The position numbers and the translations under genes were made by a program. From the IMG/VR virus record IMGVR_UViG_3300027819_000006: a DNA stretch of 64,000 nt; one strand, given 5' to 3'. Origin of the DNA: a virus (taxonomy: Duplodnaviria; Caudoviricetes). The notes below the pieces were generated by a model that ran no database searches, was not told the DNA's origin, and saw only the letters and a program-made list of their open reading frames with translations. Shown in pieces: positions 54,798-64,000 of this stretch (position 1 is its first letter; each line of letters starts with the position of its first letter).

Positions 54798-56111
54798 TTA
54801 ATATGTTTTACCAAAACTTGTAACAAACGTAAAAAAGTCATTAATGTTTACTGCTTTGTCATCATTAAAATCTCCACGAAGATCTGAATCAGACCAGTAT
54901 TCTTGAAAAATCCAAAAGTCTTGCAGTGTTACAACTCCATCTGCATCAAGATCTGGAATTGGTGCTGCAACTTTCAAACTTTCTTTAACATCTGTAAACT
55001 TGCCTACAAGAATATTTGGAAGTTTAGTATTTGCATTCTTTCCATTTACATATAGAATATTTCTCATTTCTAAACTATTTAGGGGTTCTCTTCCCAATGA
55101 TTTTCTTGCAGAACTTATATTTGTTGCTATAGCTCCTGCAAATGCTCCTGCAACAGAGGTTCCTCCAAAACTACTTGTATACCATCTATTTTTATTTGTA
55201 CTATTTACAAGATCTCCTCTACCACAAGTTGTGATATCTACTCCTGGACAGCATATATCAACCCTTGAACCATATGAAGTAATACCAGAAGGGCCTATAT
55301 AATCATCTTTTATATAAGCTGCCGCAACAAAAATAGCACCAGAATCTCTAAAATTTCTATCAAATTTTCTTCCAAATTTTAGATCATCTAAATCTGTATT
55401 TGTATTCCCGACTGGTTCTATTACAATTATTCCTTTATCAATACAATATTTTATTCCATCATATACATAATCTGCATATTCAACTGGAACATGTTCATTA
55501 TTAAATTGTAAAGCACATTCAAAAAATATTACATCACCTTTACTTAATTTATCTCCTGCAGTTAATAAAGAATCCAATAAATTATATGTGCTAGCAAAGC
55601 TTATTTCTGCATCTTGACACAACCCATTTATGCCAAATTTATTATTTTGTGCAGCTAATATCCCAAGAACTTCCGTACCATGATCTGTATAGCTGTCTCC
55701 ATCTATCATAGGTCCATTTATAAAACCAACATGTTTCCATATTAAATCTTCATGTAAAAAATTACAATTACCATCTATTATACAGACTTTAATTCCAGAA
55801 CCAGATAAATCTTTTCTCCATAGAGGATAATTCAAAGATTTGATTATTTGTGCCCAATAAGAAGTTAAATCTGGAGTTACATCATTCTCTTTCAAGTCCA
55901 TGATTACTGCTGTACTAACTTTTGTTGGTTCTTCATGATAGCTATCTATATATTGTGAATTTTTTGTAATTTGATCTAAAGAATCTACTGAAAAATAACA
56001 TTTTAGACTATCAGAAACATTTCTATGCTCATATGGAAAATAGAAATCCTCTGATTTTAATTTTAGTATCAATTCTTTTGTATATTGTTTTAACTTTCCT
56101 ATATAGCGCAT
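54798..56111 (-). CDS. S8 subtilisin-like peptidase with C-terminal dockerin/EF-hand-like repeats
   Basis: CIIDG (D), DHGTEVLG (H), GGTSVAG (S); DLDADGVVTLQDF and DFNDDKAVNINDF. Confidence 0.85.
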   Translation of the reverse strand: MRYIGKLKQYTKELILKLKSEDFYFPYEHRNVSDSLKCYFSVDSLDQITKNSQYIDSYHEEPTKVSTAVIMDLKENDVTPDLTSYWAQIIKSLNYPLWRKDLSGSGIKVCIIDGNCNFLHEDLIWKHVGFINGPMIDGDSYTDHGTEVLGILAAQNNKFGINGLCQDAEISFASTYNLLDSLLTAGDKLSKGDVIFFECALQFNNEHVPVEYADYVYDGIKYCIDKGIIVIEPVGNTNTDLDDLKFGRKFDRNFRDSGAIFVAAAYIKDDYIGPSGITSYGSRVDICCPGVDITTCGRGDLVNSTNKNRWYTSSFGGTSVAGAFAGAIATNISSARKSLGREPLNSLEMRNILYVNGKNANTKLPNILVGKFTDVKESLKVAAPIPDLDADGVVTLQDFWIFQEYWSDSDLRGDFNDDKAVNINDFFTFVTSFGKTY

Positions 56112-56297
56112 TTAATTTCTCTATAATGTTTTGTTTTCTAGTGCTAATTGTAATTCTGTTAAAAACAAGTCAGACACACATGCAATCTGACATAGCAAGA
56201 TTCATTTTCGAGATGTGAAATTTCTACTGCATCTCTTTTAAGTATATTTCTGCCAAGAGTTCCTTGAATGAATTTCTTGCAAACATCACAAATGTAT

Positions 56298-56657
56298 TTA
56301 GTTTCTTTCATCTGCTGTTTTTCTATTTAGCAATTTTACTTTACTTGGATGAGATAGTTTAAAATCTTCTTCTATATCTTTTTCTACATCTTCTCTATAG
56401 CCAAAATAACCTTTCAGATATCTTTTGCATCTAGCATTGAATTCTATTTCATCATTTTCTTGTAAATTTAGTTTAGCAAACCCTTTTGTATATGAGAACC
56501 ATAGATGATCAGTTAAAATGTTACCTTCAGCATCTTTTACATCTTTCAGAAGTACAGTCTTTTCTGGTCCTCTATAGCCATTTTTAAGTCCAAATCTAGA
56601 AAATGTAGCTGTGAATTTTAATCTTTCTTCTTCTATTTTTTCTAATTGTTCTCTCAT
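56298..56657 (-). CDS. hypothetical protein (conserved phage family)
   Basis: FTATFSRFG...TDHLWF...EFNAR..Y.KGY. Confidence 0.55.
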   Translation of the reverse strand: MREQLEKIEEERLKFTATFSRFGLKNGYRGPEKTVLLKDVKDAEGNILTDHLWFSYTKGFAKLNLQENDEIEFNARCKRYLKGYFGYREDVEKDIEEDFKLSHPSKVKLLNRKTADERN

Positions 56658-56664
56658 TTAAAAA

Positions 56665-57870
56665 CTAAATAAACTCCCAATGTTTTGTTTCTTGTCGAGC
56701 TTTAGGCATTTCTATATTTAATAGATTGTTTTCCCAATTCTGTTTTTGTTCTGAATCTAATTGGTCATATTCTAACTTTAGATTCCAAATACTCTTACAA
56801 CTTTCGTGATTCTTGCATAGCGCAGAGCATCCTGAAAATTTTTCTTTTTCTTCTATTAAATGCATAACTTTCATTCTATTTTCGACATCATTCCAAATAT
56901 CTATAAAACTCCTCTTATAAACATTGCCATATGAATACTTCAGATGCCCACGAGTATTAGGACACACAAAAATTTCTCCTTGAGCACCTATACATGGAGT
57001 TAACTGACTACCATAGCATTTCTTATAGTGTCGACCAAAGTGAATAGGATCATCTATTAAGTCATTCAACTTATATTCGTTGATCTGAAATTTGTCTCCT
57101 AATATTTCTTTTGCTTGCTTTAATAGTGGTTTTATATCAGTTTCCCAGAATTCTACTTTTCTTTGAGTTTCTCCTTCTTTTTCTACACTGATTATTTCTG
57201 GCTTATATTGACAATAATCTACATCATAATTTTTAAACATGTTAGCAAAATCAATTATTTCAGTATAATTGTCAGGAGTTATAACAAATCCAGTACCTAT
57301 TACTGTTTTGCTATTTATTCGCTTTTTAGTTTCTATTAATTTAGACAGATTAGATAGCATTTTATTCCAATCTGTATTCTTGTTAGTAACTCTAATTCTA
57401 TTATATGTTTCTTCTGTTCCTGAATCTATTGAAAATCTGATCCATTCCATATATTTGCACATAGATTCAAATAGATCAAATTTATCTAGCATTACACCTG
57501 CTGTAAATATACCCATTTTAATGTCAGAATTTTGTCCAATATATTCTAGAACGGGTTTAAATGCGGGTGAAATTGTCGATTCTCCACCCCCTGTGAAGTT
57601 TGTGCTGCGTACTCCAATGCTTATAAGATCTTTTGCTATTTCTAATGCTTTTTCTTTTTGCATTATAGATCTGTCAAATGTTTCAGAATTCTTATATTTA
57701 TCGAAATGAATATGCGCTGACAGGCAGAAGAAACACGAGTGCATACAGCTATTTGACAAGTCCCACTCTATAAGCACTGGAGGTGGATGATTTCCTTTTA
57801 TTAGCTCGATTGTTCTATCTATATTAGCTATTATTTTTTGCTGAGGAGAGAAGATTTTTAAATTTTTCAT
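56665..57870 (-). CDS. Radical SAM enzyme with SPASM/twitch domain
   Basis: CMHSCFFC, TGGGES, RFSIDS, C-terminal Cys cluster. Confidence 0.9.
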   Translation of the reverse strand: MKNLKIFSPQQKIIANIDRTIELIKGNHPPPVLIEWDLSNSCMHSCFFCLSAHIHFDKYKNSETFDRSIMQKEKALEIAKDLISIGVRSTNFTGGGESTISPAFKPVLEYIGQNSDIKMGIFTAGVMLDKFDLFESMCKYMEWIRFSIDSGTEETYNRIRVTNKNTDWNKMLSNLSKLIETKKRINSKTVIGTGFVITPDNYTEIIDFANMFKNYDVDYCQYKPEIISVEKEGETQRKVEFWETDIKPLLKQAKEILGDKFQINEYKLNDLIDDPIHFGRHYKKCYGSQLTPCIGAQGEIFVCPNTRGHLKYSYGNVYKRSFIDIWNDVENRMKVMHLIEEKEKFSGCSALCKNHESCKSIWNLKLEYDQLDSEQKQNWENNLLNIEMPKARQETKHWEFI

Positions 57871-58855
57871 ATTAAATTCAATTCTTTCATTTTGCTATTA
57901 TCCCATATCTCTATTGGAACATCTATATTGTTTTTAGCAAAAATGAGTTTATTTTTTGATTTTTCATCCATGTATCCTTTTACTTCTATTATTTTTGTAA
58001 GTAAATTATTTTCGAATATAAAGAAATCTCCTCTATAATGATTGTTTTTATCTTGCACTACATTCATATATTCGTATTTCCATACTATATTATTATCATC
58101 TAAATAGCAACTTTTAGCTCCCAAGACGATCTCATCCAAATATCATTATAATATCCACCTTTGCCAATGCCTGCATTTTTATATGCTGGCTCGCCATAAT
58201 GATGATGATTTTCACCTCTCAAATGATCATTACAATGCTGTTCCCACATTTCTAAAGCTTTTTCTCTACCATATTTATCTGTCCAAATATCCAATATAGA
58301 TATACCATACATAGGATTTCCTTCTCCTACATACAGTATCTTATTCCTTTCACTAGTTTTTATAGATATTGCTTTTAATCTATCATCTGTATCTTTAGTC
58401 AATCCTTTATTCCAATTTGGACTTATTATATTTGAGCAAGACATGCAATATAATTCATTCCTACCTATCTCTTTATAGCAAAAAATACATCTACCTTTGC
58501 AGTCTTTGCATATATAAGTATTATTGTTCCATGACAATTTATTTCCACAATACATGCAAAGTTTATCTATAGTGGGAACATGTCTGCATTCTGGGCACGC
58601 ATCATAATCATATTTTATTGTTAAATAATGTAATACTTTATTACAAAATCTGCATCTTTTTCTATCATTGTCTACACACTCACAGCATCTAGTTCGCTCT
58701 TTTGAAGAATTATTACCTAATTTATTATTACAACTTTCACATCTTCTAATTATAATTAATTTTGATTTCTCCAATAAACAATGTTTGCAAACTCCATGGC
58801 TATTTTTATTACCTAATCTATTACTGCACCCTTCTTCTTTACAAAATCTTATCAC
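57867..58855 (-). pseudogene. Homing-type endonuclease (Cys-rich + NUMOD3-like + PD-(D/E)xK), frameshift near 58100
   Basis: WNKGLTKDTDDRL, MRSSWELKVA, then WKYEY...DFFIF..IIEVKGY in the next frame. Confidence 0.75.
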
Positions 58856-58874
58856 TTTCTCTTCTCCATAAATA

Positions 58875-58996
58875 GAAATAGCTTATAGGTGTCTGAAAAA
58901 TACAAATTACTGTACTTTTTCCTATAAGCTATTTCATTATTTATAGCTTGTATTTTTCAGACAATATAAATATATCTATTATAGAAGAAAAGACAT
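58875..58996 (-). promoter_or_regulatory. Class II promoter plus X-Y-X'-Y' leader
   Basis: tgtctgaaaaatacaa 58890-58905 / 58948-58963; gaaatagcttatagg 58875-58889 / 58921-58935. Confidence 0.75.
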
Positions 58997-59050
58997 TAAA
59001 AACTAATAATTTCTCCTTTTATTAAATCATGAATACAGATTTCATATCTT

Positions 59051-59845
59051 TTAAAGTTGTTGATTACTGTGATATCCGCTTAAATGATCTACATAAAAAT
59101 CAAAATTATTTACACTTTTCAAACATGTTATATTTTCCATATCAAATAAATTATGCCCAGCTATATGTTCTCCTGGCTGCATACTAGAAAATATATATGG
59201 TACTTTTACAAATAGCTCTCTGTGACATAAATGTGCACTTCCATAAGCATTGTCTTTTGTAGTGCATTTATAGAATTTGTTATTGTGTTCATATAGTTGC
59301 ATCTCTTCATCTATATCTAAATGATTACTAAATATATACTTGTTATCATTTTCTTTGAATTTTCCTTTATAATCTACTACTTGTTTAGCTGGTGAATTAT
59401 ATTTTATTAATCTTGCTTCTATTTTATCTATTGGTAATTGTTCTAATCTCTGTGGAGAAAAATAGATATTTGAATCAGTTCTCATTATAAGCTCTATATC
59501 ATCTTTAATGTTTATATAAACAATCTGATCTGCATCATTATAGAAGAAAAATTCATATTTACTAAAATCTGAATCTACCTTATTCTGTACATATTTTACT
59601 ATTTCGTGCCACAGATGATTTGGTGGAACTGTATGTTCATCAAATTTAGCTATATAAAAATCTAATTCAAGACTTGTAAGATCTTTGTAATCTATGTCAT
59701 TTTGTACACCTACAACTATATCTGAAAACTGTTTCATAGATTTATAAGTTTCTATAAAGTAATCTATAGATTTTTCTTTAGGCAGAACTCTTGTATGTGG
59801 ATAGTTATCTTGAGCATAGTATGGTAAAATAGATAGATATTTCAA
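59051..59845 (-). CDS. hypothetical protein, possibly GT-A-like
   Basis: FFYNDADQ (DxD-like) within a modification cluster. Confidence 0.4.
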   Translation of the reverse strand: MKYLSILPYYAQDNYPHTRVLPKEKSIDYFIETYKSMKQFSDIVVGVQNDIDYKDLTSLELDFYIAKFDEHTVPPNHLWHEIVKYVQNKVDSDFSKYEFFFYNDADQIVYINIKDDIELIMRTDSNIYFSPQRLEQLPIDKIEARLIKYNSPAKQVVDYKGKFKENDNKYIFSNHLDIDEEMQLYEHNNKFYKCTTKDNAYGSAHLCHRELFVKVPYIFSSMQPGEHIAGHNLFDMENITCLKSVNNFDFYVDHLSGYHSNQQL

Positions 59846-60220
59846 TTACAGTCTTCCATCTTTAGAGAATCTTTTAGCTTCATCTTCTATTACTTGTTTG
59901 CTCCTATTATAATCTGAAATCATCATTTCATAATCCATAGAATAGTCATTCTTCAACTGATACAAATGATACAATTCATGTCTCAAACTTTCTATTACGC
60001 TTGACAAATATCTTCCATTAACTTTAACATAGATTTGAAATATTCCGTTTACATCTTTTTCTAACAACCCTGAAGCTTTTGTGTTTATATGATCAACTAA
60101 ATTTATGTCTAATTTGATACTTTGTATTTTCAATCTAGCTACTATATTCTTTACTGCTCTTTTAATGTCTTCAGTATAGCTTTTTACTTCTTCATTTTTT
60201 GACTTAATTCTCAGAATCAT
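59846..60220 (-). CDS. small HExxH-containing protein
   Basis: LRHELYHLYQ. Confidence 0.5.
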   Translation of the reverse strand: MILRIKSKNEEVKSYTEDIKRAVKNIVARLKIQSIKLDINLVDHINTKASGLLEKDVNGIFQIYVKVNGRYLSSVIESLRHELYHLYQLKNDYSMDYEMMISDYNRSKQVIEDEAKRFSKDGRL

Positions 60221-60957
60221 GTGTTCATCAGCTTTCTATAAATTTCTTTCATGTCATTGTTGCTATTAACTACATCTAAAATATCTTGATTATCTATTGA
60301 CTTTATGTTTTGACAGACATAGTAGTGATGCAGAGCTTTACCATTAGTTTTGACTCTTGTATATGGATTTTCTGTAAATGAATCTGCATGAGCATGAACA
60401 AATGGTCTGTAGAAAACTATCTTAAAATACATCTGGTTCAAAAATGCTTCGAAATATTTTGGAATGAACAGACCAGGGTAGACAAAAGCATGTTGATGTC
60501 CTTCATAACCAAATTGATGATCAAAATCAGGGATAGAAATATGAACATATCCACCATCTATGCATATATTCTTTATATTAATTAAAGCATGATAAGGCGA
60601 AGATACATGCTCTAGTACTTCATAGATCATTACAAATTCAAATTTATCATACAGTTCAGATTTCTTATCTATTGTATCTTCTACGATATCTAATTTAAAG
60701 AAGTCATCTATTTCTTCTAAACCTTGCAGCTCTGCAAATATTTTTATGCTTTCATCTGAAACATCTGAAGCTGTAACATGATTGTCATATTTTTGTTTTA
60801 TTTCTTTTGCTGTATGTCCGAAACCAGAACCTATTTCTAAAACTTTTTTGTGATGAGGAATGAGCTCTGATGGTAGCTCAAACTGTGTCCAATATTGTGT
60901 TATAAATTTTTCTACTCCTCCCAATAAAGAACTACCATACACATCATGAGCATTCAA
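60217..60957 (-). CDS. Class I SAM-dependent methyltransferase
   Basis: VLEIGSGFG, SDVS, EVLEHV, GGYVHISIP. Confidence 0.85.
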   Translation of the reverse strand: MNAHDVYGSSLLGGVEKFITQYWTQFELPSELIPHHKKVLEIGSGFGHTAKEIKQKYDNHVTASDVSDESIKIFAELQGLEEIDDFFKLDIVEDTIDKKSELYDKFEFVMIYEVLEHVSSPYHALINIKNICIDGGYVHISIPDFDHQFGYEGHQHAFVYPGLFIPKYFEAFLNQMYFKIVFYRPFVHAHADSFTENPYTRVKTNGKALHHYYVCQNIKSIDNQDILDVVNSNNDMKEIYRKLMNT

Positions 60958-60960
60958 ATG

Positions 60961-61305
60961 TTATCTCTTTGAAAGTTCATTGTATGAATCTACTGCATTA
61001 TCTATAGTTATGTCTGCTACCATGCCATGTTTTTTGATCTGTTCATTAGCAATTTGTCTAATCTCTACATCTTTTTTACTAACTTCATAAAGCTGAGCAT
61101 AAAATGATCTTCCACCATGAGACTTGTTTCCAGAAAGTTTAGCATATTCTTTCAATCCCAAAGCTTGTCTAATAGCTCTTAAATCTCTTCCATTCATGTT
61201 ACATTTTTCAGATCCTGAACATCCAAGCAGTCTGCCTAATTGATTTACTGAATTAGCTCTTTTTGCCCAAAATCTGATTTCTGATTTATCTATATTGTAT
61301 AACAT
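60961..61305 (-). CDS. hypothetical protein
   Basis: 114-aa ORF. Confidence 0.45.
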   Translation of the reverse strand: MLYNIDKSEIRFWAKRANSVNQLGRLLGCSGSEKCNMNGRDLRAIRQALGLKEYAKLSGNKSHGGRSFYAQLYEVSKKDVEIRQIANEQIKKHGMVADITIDNAVDSYNELSKR

Positions 61306-61324
61306 TCTGTGAATCCTTTTTATT

Positions 61325-62186
61325 TTATATTAATGATAGTTCTTTCATTTTTTCACCATCCCATACTTCTACAATACAGTGCTCTAGTATTTCTTTTAAT
61401 AATAAAACTTTGAGCATATTTTCCATAGTAACATATCCTTTTACTTCAATTATTTTTATAAGTTCTTTCTTGTTATTATAAATGAAAAAATCTGGTAAGT
61501 ATGAAACATTGTTCCATAAAATATATCTTTTTTCTTCATACTTCCATATTATATTATTGTCGTCTAAATATTTTGCTACTTTTGCTTCCCATGTAGATCT
61601 AAAACATATTTTTTTATATCTAGTTTTTATACCTCTCCCTATTTTGGAACTTAATTTTATAAAACCATTTCTGAAACCATTTTTTCTTGTCTCAGATATC
61701 TTATCTCTTGTTTCTTTACTTACTTCTTTTCCAAACATTGGATTATTTTCGCCTTTGAACTCTTCTCCTTTTCCATATCTTGGATTATTTATTCCTCTGT
61801 AGTGATCATTTAAGTATTGTTCATACATTTCTTCTGCTCTTTCTTGTCCATAATTATCTATCCAAACATCTTTTAAACTTCTATTATATCGAGGATTATT
61901 TTCGCCCTTTAATGATCCATTATCTCTTATTGTTTTAGAAGCTTTTAAAGATATATTTTTGTATATTTCTTTAACTTCGTCTTTATTTCTATTTTTCGTC
62001 CAATGTTCTATTTCTCCACTATCTATTTTTGCTTTTCTAAAACCATTCGATAATTTAGCATTTGGAAATTTTATTTTATATCTTTAATGTCATGTTGTGC
62101 TTTTTAAGATGTGATGCAGTTATAAAAGAAAAAAGCTTATACTCTGTTTTATCTTCTATACATTGTAAGCAATGTATTTTATCCAA
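61325..62186 (-). pseudogene. Homing-type endonuclease (NUMOD3 + PD-(D/E)xK), frameshifted N-terminus
   Basis: TTG start near 62186 (HCLQC...ITASHLKKH); C-terminal part NPMFGKEVSKET, RSTWEAKVA, YLPDFF, IIEVKGY. Confidence 0.7.
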
Positions 62187-62273
62187 TTTATTCTCCAATA
62201 AAAATATTGTCAAACTATATGTTTAATAGATTTTTGATATCTATTAGCGCTCTGTAATAAATTTATGTTAGTA

Positions 62274-62749
62274 TTAAATATAAATATGCTGACTTATAGC
62301 TTTTACAATTCCTGTCTTTACGAATCTGTTAGATGTCTGTATTATTAAGTCTGCTTCTTTGCCATAGTCTATAGCTTCTTTATTAGATATTGAATAGTCA
62401 TAGTATAAGTTTTCATGGTTAACATAAACATAATTTGATTTTTCTGTAACTTTAAATTCTATATTTTTATCATCTAAATCATGTAATCCAAGAATTATTT
62501 GAGAAGTACTAAAACAATACTCAGGAGTACAAACAATTAAGATTTTCATTTATTTCTATAAACTTTTGACCATTTTTCTAATATTTCAAAATGTTCATAA
62601 AGCAATATTCCATCTTTTTTGATTTCTTCTGGACAAGCATATTCATTTTGAATATCTGACATAGCCCTTCCAAGGCAATCTTCTAGCTTGTCATCTTCAT
62701 AGAGTTCTTTATTTATGAAACCAAATTTCTTATAAATATATTCTATCAT
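62274..62749 (-). CDS. two hypothetical ORFs (62274-62549, 62546-62749)
   Basis: 62274-62549 resembles a glycosyltransferase N-terminus (MKILIV) and ends in the nuclease promoter. Confidence 0.4.
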
Positions 62750-62755
62750 GATTTT

Positions 62756-63439
62756 TCAAATTCTTCGTGCAACAAAAATCCACCCCATAGCAAGCTCATG
62801 TCTGCTAATATCTGGTGAAGTTATAAATTCTGCACTAATATCGTTAAATTCTTTATTATCTTTCATGAATCTCTTTATTGCATTATCAACACCAGCTAAA
62901 TTTTTATCATGTAGTATTACATATCCATCTTTAATAACTTTTGGTGTAAATTTATATAATTCCTGTACTACAGATTCTTCTTCATGACTAGAATCTATGA
63001 ACAATAATCCTAAATCTGGTATTTGATCTATATCAACATCTTGAGATTTCATTCTGTGTTTTACAATTAAACGATCAACTTGCCATTTAGTCATATTATC
63101 GTCATACATTTTTCTTAGATCAAGACTATTTTCATTTACTTGTTTTACAAGATTGCCATCATATGCTAAATCTTCGACAGTTAATGGATCTATAGAATGT
63201 AATCTAAGTTTTGTATTTTCTCCAAATCTGTCTTGCATTGATGTAGCTAAAACTACAGACATTGCTCCTACCCATGAACCACACTCTGCAATATTGCTTT
63301 CTGGCATCAATTTTACAGCTTTATTTAATATCTGAGGTTCAAATTCGCATGTCATCGAGACAATTCCTAATGCATCATCTCCTCTTTGATTTGCATCACA
63401 TTTGTTATGGTGAAGCATATATTCATCAAATCTATTCAT
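62756..63439 (-). CDS. Class I SAM methyltransferase (Methyltransf_24-like)
   Basis: AECGSWVGAMS, SIDP, LFIDSSH, GYVILHD. Confidence 0.8.
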   Translation of the reverse strand: MNRFDEYMLHHNKCDANQRGDDALGIVSMTCEFEPQILNKAVKLMPESNIAECGSWVGAMSVVLATSMQDRFGENTKLRLHSIDPLTVEDLAYDGNLVKQVNENSLDLRKMYDDNMTKWQVDRLIVKHRMKSQDVDIDQIPDLGLLFIDSSHEEESVVQELYKFTPKVIKDGYVILHDKNLAGVDNAIKRFMKDNKEFNDISAEFITSPDISRHELAMGWIFVARRI

Positions 63440-64000
63440 TTATTACTCCAGCAAGTTCACATTCTTTTAATAAATAGGACACACGAGCAATTGTTGTATG
63501 ATTCTCAAGAACATATTTAAAACAGTTTGTAGCTACTTTTTCTCTATAATCATCATTATCTAAATTATAAACTGCTTCTAAAAGTGAATCTTCGTCATCA
63601 AAATCTAAGTAATGTTCACCTCTAATAAATGAGTATGGCATATAAATCTTTATTGGTTGAGTGAGAATAAAACATCCATTTGCAAACCCTTCCCACATTC
63701 TTGCAGCGTTACAATTCAGCGACCCATAGCCATCAACACAAATTTTAGAATTGTACAAAGTTTCATAATAGTTAGAATGATCTCTATTACCAGTGTCTAC
63801 TGCAACTTTATTTTTATGATCATACATATTTCCTATAACAGAATTTTCTAACTTTGCATTTTTTAGCGTATTTTCGATCCAGATGCGATCTGGTTTTGTC
63901 TCGTCATGTGGTCCGAACATACATGCTAAATATATATTCTTATTTTTAATGTTATTTAGTATTTCATCATGAGACTTAAAAAAATATCTATTTTCTATAG
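63432..64000 (-). CDS. Glycosyltransferase (CgeB/GT1-like C-terminal domain), partial at window edge
   Basis: Frame stays open to 64000; YNSKICV...ARMWEG..NGCFILT...ENHTTIARV. Confidence 0.7.
   Translation of the reverse strand, partial: IENRYFFKSHDEILNNIKNKNIYLACMFGPHDETKPDRIWIENTLKNAKLENSVIGNMYDHKNKVAVDTGNRDHSNYYETLYNSKICVDGYGSLNCNAARMWEGFANGCFILTQPIKIYMPYSFIRGEHYLDFDDEDSLLEAVYNLDNDDYREKVATNCFKYVLENHTTIARVSYLLKECELAGVINE

Noticed and set aside
58997-59050. Displaced radical SAM N-terminal stub
   Set aside because: HDLIKGE resembles IELIKGN only weakly and may be a frameshifted tail of the upstream gene.
62195-62272. Seventh X-Y-X'-Y' leader before the 61325-62186 nuclease
   Set aside because: Only a single hairpin (taatagat/atctatta) and a small AAAC/GTTT loop are present; no second interleaved stem.
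1593-63851. Most short plus-strand ORFs in the ORF track
   Set aside because: They are antisense shadows of minus-strand genes, lacking RBS and motifs; only tnpB 24059-25312 is supported.
1-64000. Alternative genetic code (TAG or TGA reassignment)
   Set aside because: Long genes are open in code 11, the breaks I traced are frameshifts rather than in-frame stops, and no suppressor tRNA was found.
1-64000. CRISPR array associated with the TnpB/Cas12f-like genes
   Set aside because: No regularly spaced direct repeats were seen near any tnpB or elsewhere.

Overview
Strongly AT-rich segment of a large (jumbo-type) tailed phage genome. Almost all real genes are on the minus strand in standard code 11. 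It contains replication/recombination genes (DinG-like helicase, RecA/UvsX, gp32-like SSB, ATP-dependent DNA ligase, ThyA) and nucleotide/NAD metabolism (PurA, GuaB, nicotinamidase, nicotinate PRTase, NadE). Also present: a vWA/PP2C/kinase (TerY-P-like) triad, a WGR-PARP plus macrodomain, translation functions (EF-Ts, SpoU methylase, Rnl2 ligase, about 17 tRNAs including an 8/4 allo-tRNA-like Ser tRNA and an Asn tRNA with a 35-nt anticodon insert), lysis enzymes and a glyco-modification cluster. The most striking feature is a family of nuclease cassettes: three TnpBs and about eight NUMOD3/PD-(D/E)xK/DUF559 homing-type nucleases. Several sit inside conserved motifs of host genes or tRNAs, while a diverged copy of the interrupted part keeps the gene intact and the displaced piece survives as a stub on the other side. 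In one case the nuclease is TnpB, and the displaced helicase end lies exactly where its RNA guide is expected. Six cassettes share a 5' leader with two interleaved inverted repeats (X-Y-X'-Y') whose sequence differs but whose topology is conserved. All calls come from manual reading; no database searches were run.
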